This document shows, piece after piece, positions 55,588 through 64,000 of a DNA stretch of 64,000 bases. A model generated the notes under the pieces. That model saw only the letters and a program-made list of their open reading frames with translations. It made no database searches and was not told where the DNA came from. The translations under genes and the position numbers were made by a program. This DNA comes from Chrysomallon squamiferum (Eukaryota > Animalia > Mollusca), in assembly GCA_012295275.1 (NCBI GenBank), contig CM022671.1, positions 4,092,001 through 4,156,000 on the forward strand, given 5' to 3'. Every line of letters starts with the position of its first letter. The first letter of the stretch is position 1.

Positions 55588-56927
55588 GAAGCTGTAAAAT
55601 CAAACAATGTCAAAAGTTTTCCGGGCATCTGTTGTTACAAATGATTATTCACTATCAATAAATGTTACCTGAAACACGATAACAAGTGAATAATTGCAAA
55701 TCTTCCCATCTCTTTGATATTTCGAATGTATTATTTGTCGTTATCGGAAATATTTCACTTCAGACTGACTGGCAAATAAAAGCTAAAATATCCCGAGGAG
55801 GAAACGGGCACTTGGTACGTTATGGATGGTTGAATGTATGTACCGCAGTGCAAAAACGTGTTCACGTATTCCATAATTATAGATTAATTAATTTCACAAA
55901 TTCACACTTTCAAGTGTATTTTCGAAGTTAACCAGTTGCTCGGCATCAAATTTTTATTTGTATATACACTTACAACAACTTCGATTAAATAACAGTTAAA
56001 TTTGATGAAATGAAGAATCCACCACAGTATTTCCTAAGTTCTGACTTACAACGTTGCGTGTGCTCACAGCAGAGAAATGATAAAAATAATCAGTTAATTA
56101 ATAGTTAATGAACAGTGTGAAATCACTGCAGCGGATTAATAATTGATAAATGTCATTTATTCATCACGCCATTTGTAGGGTTAAATAAGGTTAATCAGGA
56201 AAACCATGAATATTTTATACTTCAGAGTCTCATGGTGCTAAATAATACTAATATACTAATATTCTTTACATTGTGGTGTCCTGTATTTACTTTCAAATAA
56301 ACAAACTCAAATTAAATTCATAAGTTAATTAATCAAATATACTGAATAAAATGTAAATGCTTTGGTTTTTTACAACATCTATTTGTTTAAGATATAAATA
56401 GAGGATGCATTTAATTATATAAATGTTAGTTATGCCTGTTTTCTCCTCTTTTTGTATGTGTGTGTGCGTGTATGTTAAGATGATGAAGAGGTGTGTCTGA
56501 TATAAATAAATAAATATTTTCTACGCCACCTTAGCCAAATTAAATATTAACTATGATTATTTGTTGTTGGGTTCACATCCCAAAAAGCAGGGGAAATAAT
56601 GAATGAAAAGAAAATGAAAGAAATGACAATAAATAAATAATAATAAAATATATAAAAATGGATCTAAATGAAAAGATATTTTAATTTACGAAGCGCACCT
56701 GAAATTTCCCATCTTATTTTTTTTATAATCTATTTTATTTATTTATTTATTTATTTATTATTTATTATTATATAGCTAAATTTATGGATATCTAACTAAT
56801 AAAATATCAATACTTTATAACAAGTTAATTCGTTTCGTTGAGTATGTCCATTGTGGTGCAGAATAATGGTGAGAAATTGATTATGTAAATATATATTTAT
56901 AACTAAAGTTTATTCACTGACTACATG

Positions 56928-56929
<2 letters not shown>

Positions 56930-56989
<60 letters not shown>
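56930..56989. repeat. (AG)n microsatellite
   Basis: Direct inspection. Confidence 0.95.
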
Positions 56990-56994
<5 letters not shown>

Positions 56995-58142
56995 TAAGAG
57001 ATAATATAGACACACAAACGGAGGGAAAAGAAACCTGTTACAAATAAAGGAGAGGGGTGGAGAGAGCAAACTTCTATAACTATAAGTAAATAGTAATAAT
57101 ACATCTAGTTTGATATTCATCGCATGTGTTTACTTTTCCGATACACTGAATACAGTAGCTGCAGGCAGTTTCACGTGAACAGTCTAATGCAATTTTATCT
57201 CGTTTAGATCAGATTGGAGCTCCAGGTTAAAAGGCTGGGTTTAACAATAACACCGCGATATTTACATAACTGGCGAAGCAATGGGCAGAAACCGTGCATG
57301 GAGTCACTAACTTGTGAAATAAAAATGTGAAACTGTGTTGACTGTTATAGAAAGCACCTGTATAATGTTTTGTAATACGCCTGTTAACGACCAAGTGTTA
57401 AATATGCTCTGTAGAGGGTGAACATTCACAGAAGCATATAAAAAGTAAATAAAAGAGACATACAAAAAAAGAAAAAAAAAGAATTAAAAAAAAAAAAATA
57501 TAATATACTAAAAAGTAGATCAGATATCTATTACATACAATAATTTAATGCAGAAATAATTGGCTATGAAACTTAAATTGCTTAAAAAGCTAAATTTTTT
57601 TTTTTAGATAATTTTGTTTTCTTTTTTTTTTTTTTCTAATACAAGAGTAGATGTCCAAAAAGCACTGGTCGTTTCTTTGTTGTACAGTTAAACCAATGAA
57701 GTAACCCAGAACGAGACAAACCCAGCTGTAAAGAAACATATCCCATTTTTAGACCATCAAAATATTCAAACCTTACAGAACTTTAGAACATTTATTCAAA
57801 TGTAGATCTAAATCTACATAATTTTTTTATTATTATTATTATTATTTTTTTTTTATTGAGAATGAAAATAGTTTTTGCTGAAGAAATTTTGTTGACGGAA
57901 GTCATCCGAAAAAACGAATTACGTCACAACTTTCAAGATATTGGTGTTGGGTTCCATGACGACGTTTGGCTCTTAAAACTCTTTAAAAAATCGTGGATAT
58001 TACTTTTTGCATGGCTTAAATGCCTAAAATCAAACACAGAAGAGGTGAGTTTTAATATTATTATATTAATCTAAATGGCCAGAATACAAGTACACACATC
58101 ATCGAATTATGTCGTAACCATACGTATCTACACAATATCGAT

Positions 58143-58178
<36 letters not shown>

Positions 58179-58429
58179 AATAATAATAATAATAAAAAAT
58201 AAATAAATAAATAAATAAATAATGAATATTTAATTCTACATTCCTATTATTATTATTATTATTATTCTGATGCAGCGGCTTTTACATCGGTTTATTTCAA
58301 TCGTAATTAGCAACTTTCCTGAAATAATATAAACTGAGTTTATTTATTTTTAAACAAGTAAATAAAACTGAAATACTTGTAATTTGCGGATTTAACGTAC
58401 AGTGCACAGTAAAGTCCAACTGTATGTAG

Positions 58430-59100
58430 TGAAGATATGAATAGTATGTTATAGCTTAATACTAAACACTTACAGCTAATATTATAGGTACAGACGTTCA
58501 CAATAAAGTATAGACCTACAATATGTAGTATATATCTCTAGTTTATAATAATAACCTAAGACCACACTTTTACATGTTTCTGCATTATATACTATCGGTC
58601 TGATTTATAATTATATTGTAAGTAAGTCTTTATTATAGAAATGAATAAAGACTTACTTACAATATATTTATGAATCAGCCCTATAGTATATAATACAGAA
58701 GCATGTATAGTATATTGTAAAGCCTATGGCATATTTGTAGAGAAATTTACAGAAAAGATGTGTGTGTGTATATAATATTATAGTGACCGACAGCATACAG
58801 TATATAGTTGTGGTATATAATAAAGACCTGCAGGATAATTATAATTCAGACTTGCAGTATATATTAATGAACTCTGATATGCAGTAGATATGTATATATG
58901 TTATACTGTACAGACGTATATAGTAAAGATATATAATGCATAGTAAAGACCTGTGGTATATATTGTACAGTTGTCTCTAGCAAAGACCTATAGAATATTA
59001 CAGTGATATATAGCATACAGCATATATATATGTAACATAGTGTAAAAACCTAGTGTATAATTATAATTCAGAACTGTAGTTCATGGTATTAAACTGGAGT
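58430..59100. repeat. Degenerate AT-rich minisatellite (about 24-nt units such as tatatagtaaagacctgtggtata)
   Basis: Recurring agacct/agactt cores separated by TA-rich spacers. Confidence 0.55.
58571..58707. repeat. Inverted repeat with 64-bp arms (58571-58634 / 58644-58707) and a 9-nt loop
   Basis: Arms are reverse complements at 58 of 64 positions; the inner 23 bp are perfect. Confidence 0.92.
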
Positions 59101-59340
59101 GGTATATATGTGAAAACCTGGTCGCAATATCTCCGCATTGCTGTTATTAAGCTTTTTCCCTTCGAGGTTTGGGTCTTATGATCGGCTTATCATAAAAGTG
59201 CTTTTCTGTCTATGAGAACGCACATATAATGGATCCCTTGCTGCTGAGTGAAAAAGAGTAGAATGTGTGACGAATTGTCTTTATCTTTATTTGAATGATT
59301 TTCATATGTATGGCACTATGCGACCATAAATTAAAATTTA
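59100..59340 (+). mobile_element. Degenerate SINE-like relic with a conserved central domain
   Basis: 59198-59262 (gtgcttttctgtctatgagaacgcacatataatggatcccttgctgctgagtgaaaaagagtag) resembles the central domain of molluscan tRNA-derived SINEs (Meta-domain type) as I recall it; not verified by search. Confidence 0.45.
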
Positions 59341-59446
59341 GTCAAGTTCGTGATGGCGTCTTGGTGTGCGTTTATAAGTATTTGTATACAAATACAAAGC
59401 ACTTCAGCAGATAATTATTAAGAAAGTTGCCATTGGTCAGATTTTG

Positions 59447-59494
<48 letters not shown>

Positions 59495-59609
59495 TTAATA
59501 TATTATTATTTATTTATTATAATTATTATTACAACAACGCCTATTATTACTATAGTAATCATTTATTTTACAATATTTGAATAATAGAATTAATAATAAT
59601 AACAACAAT

Positions 59610-59668
<59 letters not shown>

Positions 59669-62600
59669 CGATGATAATGATGAATCGGTAAGACCGAGCT
59701 ACATACAGTACATCTAGAGAGGTGTTCTATGTTTCTGTAAGTTATTTTTAAAAAATAAACTGTATTTCCCACCCCGTGCGTCTAGCTTTTGAGACCACAT
59801 ATGGCGAAATGGTATGTTCCCAAAACTGGCAGTCTCCAGATTAGGTAAGCGGTGAGGTGTTGTAAACCGCTTCCAGAAATGGGAAAACTGGCGTGAGCAA
59901 TTAAGGCCAATTCAGACGCATGGGGATAACGAGATGTGTGAAGAACAGAGGGGGCGATTAAAGAGATTAACCTTAATGAGAAATAAAGAGCAGAGGTGAG
60001 CCGGAATAAAGATTGCAAGAAAAATATAATGTTTGGAGACAGGAAATTAATGTTATATCTCAGTATACCCAGGACACGGCTTCCTACTTGTCAGGGAGGG
60101 GTGGAGTGCTTTCTGGGACATTTCGTGTGTAAAGTGTGATTGAATGTGCTTTCAAATTGTGGTCAAAATACTGTTTAACAAAAGTACATCAATTAAGGTG
60201 AAGGAACACCAATTAATAAGGGTGAGCAATAAACTGCCAGAAATGGAACAACTGGCGTGTCCAGTTAAGATGTGTTGGACTTTTCTGCGACGGACACACC
60301 CGCTGACCTGTCAGAAAGTGTGCCCGTCGTAGACATGCTTCACAACAGCTAGCTCTGATTAGCACGTTAATTGTTTTTCATTCATTCAAGATGTGTTATA
60401 ATCTCACTACCAGATTCGGGAATGCCAGAATCGGGAATAAACCGGCGAAATCCCCTCCTCTCCATTTTAAGAAAATATTATTTGGAGATGCCGTAACACG
60501 GAATGATGTTAAAAAAATCAAAATATATGATAGACGTATTTAGTAAAGATTAAATACTATTATAATTTCAAAAGTGTTAAACGAATGATTATTAATATTG
60601 TTTAAATGCATCTCAGTATTTTGTTGTTGCTATTAAGGGAGTTGATTTTTCTTTTTTGGGAGGGGTTCTATTTATGTGTTTGTTTGTTTACTTAGTTACT
60701 AATTATTTTTTATTTTTATTTATATATTTTTTTATTTCATTTTAATTAGTTTTATTTATTTTTATTCATTTATTTTTTTTTATTTCATTTTAATTAATTT
60801 TAGTTTTATTTATTTATTATTATTTATTATTATTATTTGTTGTTGTTGTTGTTCCAAAACAAAAAGTAGCTGATAGAAATTAATAATAAAAATTATAAAC
60901 AATTTATTCAAATTAAATTAATTCTGAATATTAAATAATTCATTGGTACTGTGACTGATTATAATAATACTAAGAAAATGTGTGTGTGTGTGTTATATTT
61001 CAATTTCATTTTTAATATTTATTAAAAAAAACATTGATAAAATGCAAAATATAAAAAGTTTATTATGTTAATAAACAGACGCCAAGCATAAAATATAAAT
61101 AAAAATGTCTAAGAATATATAAATAACCGATTAACAGCAATGTCAACGAAATAAAGCTTTTGTCTGACTTATTATAAAATATTATTATAAATCAAAAGCA
61201 ATAATTTTGCCTCTTATTGTATGAGCAATTTCATAAAAGTAAATGAATGAAAAAAATATAAACAAAAAAGAAGGGGAAAAAAAAGACAAATAGTAATTCA
61301 TTCAACGTCAGCGACATTTTGTATACAGACGACTAACTGACGTAATTTTAATGCCTTTCAATACTTCCGATTACACACTAAAATTAATCATTAAGAAAAA
61401 TAAGCACGTATTTGGGTGTCATTTTCCCATTCTCATTCTCAGCTTAGAATACTTGTGTTCGTTTTTATTCTGCATTTAAAAAAAAAAAAAAAAAAAAAAA
61501 AGCATTGCTTTAGCTTAGTAAGTGAGTGATTAAATAATGAAAAAAGAGAGAAAAAAAAAAAAAAAAAAAAAAAAAAATAATAATAAAAAAAAAAAAAAAA
61601 AAATAAAAAATAAACAAAAACAAAAACCAAAATAGATAAAGGAAAACAAAAAGAAAGAAAGAAAACGAATCTTTGTTTTAATGAGAAACAAAATTTAAAA
61701 AAAAAAATGAAGTTTTTGTCTGGTTTAGAAGAAAAGTTTATAAAATTATAAACATTATAATTATAATTATGAAAGAAGATTATAAAATTTCATTTTCTTA
61801 TTTAACTGCTGATTCTTTGTGATTTATGAGTTAAATAATCAATAGGGAAGTGAAAAGGGGCTCGATTTTTGTTCTGTGCTTAGGGCACAGTTGGCTAAAT
61901 CAGTTACTTTAAAGTGTAAATTATGCTAAATAAATAGGTATACCTAGGTAAGGAACGGTATTTAAAATTAAAATTGTAAATATCAGAAACCGGTTTAAAA
62001 TGGAACGTAGTTTAGACGATCCATCAAACTGTTCTGTTCATTTTTTAGCCCTTACCTAAAATGTTTGCACCGCAGTAAAAGTGAGAAAATAATAATAATA
62101 ATAACGAAACTTACGAAAAGATTGTCCACATTAAAAATAGTCTGTCACAGTGTGGTAATTAGAATGATAAAAGTGAATTCCACTTTAAAATAATAAGAGG
62201 CAATTTTATTTTATTATTCATTCATTCATTGAATTTACTTTTCATTTTATTTTCATTTTTAAAAATGAAATAATTTAGTCAATAATAAATATTTTGTCGT
62301 TTGAAAAATCTCGTGTAATATCCGTAAAAAATAATGAAATAATTTTTAATTTAATCACATTTTTATTTCTAAACAAAAATTCAAACAGTTAAAAAAAAAA
62401 AAAATAATAATAATAAATATAATAATAAAGAAAAAGAAAGACAGAAAATAGGTTTTTGAAAATACTAACAAAGATAAATATCGGCCACCAGAACTATCCT
62501 AGCTCAGTTACCAGTTACAAAAAGTGAGAATACATATCACTTTGTAAGTAAAATTCATACGTCTGTCATTGGTCACTGTAATCAACGTCGTTGCTGAGCC

Positions 62601-62863
62601 CAACAAAGTTTGCACGAACCCTTAGTGGCAAAGGTCATGGCTTCAGGATAGCCTGATAACAACTCCTCTGCAGACTGAAAAATAGTTCTCGGCATTAAGT
62701 AACACATTTATGGTTCGATTTCTTCTTAAATATTAAACTTTAAAAGTTCACTCTCTGCTAACCGTTGAACTAAAATGCTGAAGTAATATACTTTGAAAAA
62801 AGCGCTTTACGAAATGCATATTGTCACACTCTAGAAGGGCGCACTAATCGCGTCCAGTTTGTT

Positions 62864-62871
62864 TGACGTCA
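62864..62871. promoter_or_regulatory. Full palindromic cAMP response element TGACGTCA upstream of the PKA-RII start codon
   Basis: ttgacgtcaa at 62863-62872, about 170 nt before the ATG at 63043. Confidence 0.45.
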
Positions 62872-63042
62872 AGTTTAGTGTAACCTTGGTGTGATTATGC
62901 ATGAATGCTAAAAGCGTGCTTCTTTACCATGTAGTCTAATCATGTCGATAGTGTGAATTAAATGATGGATTTTGTATTTATCTACATGTTGTGGATATCA
63001 TCTTCTCCATATAATTAGTCAGGTTTGCTGGATGTGTTCACC

Positions 63043-63289
63043 ATGAACTTTGAAATCCCAGAAGGGTTGACGGATTTGTTACAGGAATTCACTGTAGCAG
63101 TTCTAAGAGAAAAACCGTCGCCAGATGAACTGATTCAGTTTGCGGCTAATTACTTCAATAAATTGAATAAAAAAACTCCTAGTGACACTTCTCTTGATAA
63201 ACAATACGTTCGATTCATTCCAACTGAGGACGATGCTTCCGAGTCTATGGACACTGACGAAGACGAAGAAGACGACGATGTCCCTTTTG
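63043..63289 (+). CDS. PRKAR2: cAMP-dependent protein kinase type II regulatory subunit, first coding exon (dimerisation/docking domain + acidic linker); partial
   Basis: Kozak-like accATG; [34 protein letters not shown] matches the RIIa D/D consensus (IPxGLxELLQxxTVxVLRxxPxDLxxFAxxYF); donor G|GTATGC at 63290. Confidence 0.88.
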
Positions 63290-64000
63290 GTATGCTATAA
63301 AACTTGAGAAAATGATCATAAACCGGAAAGTACTTAAAACAGACTTCGTCTTTTAAAAAGAGTCACTGTTAATATAATCTTTAAAAATGTAACAGTATTT
63401 TTTATTCTCGTCTCATAATGTTGTTAAAAGTAGTCGTGTTAATAATTTATTTGAACATTTTTGCATTTTAAAGGTTTGATCAATTTGGTAGAATCTGTAC
63501 GTCTTGCTTGTCTGGTACATTGGTTGCCATATTTCTGTTGCCTTTCCTCTAAAAAATAACTAGTAACTATAAATATTTCACTGTATTTGAAATAAGAAAA
63601 TAATTCTGTATAAAAATCATTAACTAAATTTTTTTCTGTGTTTTTTAAAGCAATAACAAAAAAAAAAAAAAAAAAAAGTTTTTTTTTATACTTGTGAATT
63701 AATTGGTAACAAATTTTGTCTTATAAATATAATTATTTAAAACATTTGATAAATATGTTTTAGACAATATTTTGTAATTTTGGTAGGTTTTCTGTAAAAT
63801 CATTTTGTACAGTTTTGATTTTATGTCTATAATGCCAAGCCTGTTTCACTTCATTTATTTCTTACTTCATTGAGATAAATACATTAATATAAGCAACAAA
63901 ATGTATAGTTTAAAAAATGCAAGAAACATTTTTGAAATTACAAATTTCCTTTAACCATTATGCTTAAGAATTAAATATGGAAATTTTTTTTTTTATTTAT

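Overview
AT-rich, microsatellite-dense animal genomic DNA with spliceosomal GT-AG introns; no prokaryotic features, CRISPR, rRNA or tRNA were recognised. Gene content and repeat style suggest a mollusc or other lophotrochozoan (inference). Four genes were reconstructed by hand with phase-consistent splice sites. (1) + strand 13378-16992: an NLR-like gene with an N-terminal Death domain, a STAND P-loop NTPase and about 8-9 ankyrin repeats. Its large last exon has two compensating 1-nt frameshifts (assembly error or pseudogenisation). (2) - strand 36000-19959: a complete 9-exon PRDM14 orthologue (482 aa). (3) + strand 42038-53640: a complete RBM5/RBM10 splicing factor with 22 coding exons (902 aa). 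(4) + strand 63043-63289: the first coding exon of a PKA type II regulatory subunit, continuing beyond the window. The most interesting items are the Death domain-STAND-ankyrin candidate immune receptor, an apparently conserved AS-NMD autoregulation cassette in RBM5/10, a promoter-like island inside a PRDM14 intron, and a 64-bp-stem hairpin at 58571-58707.
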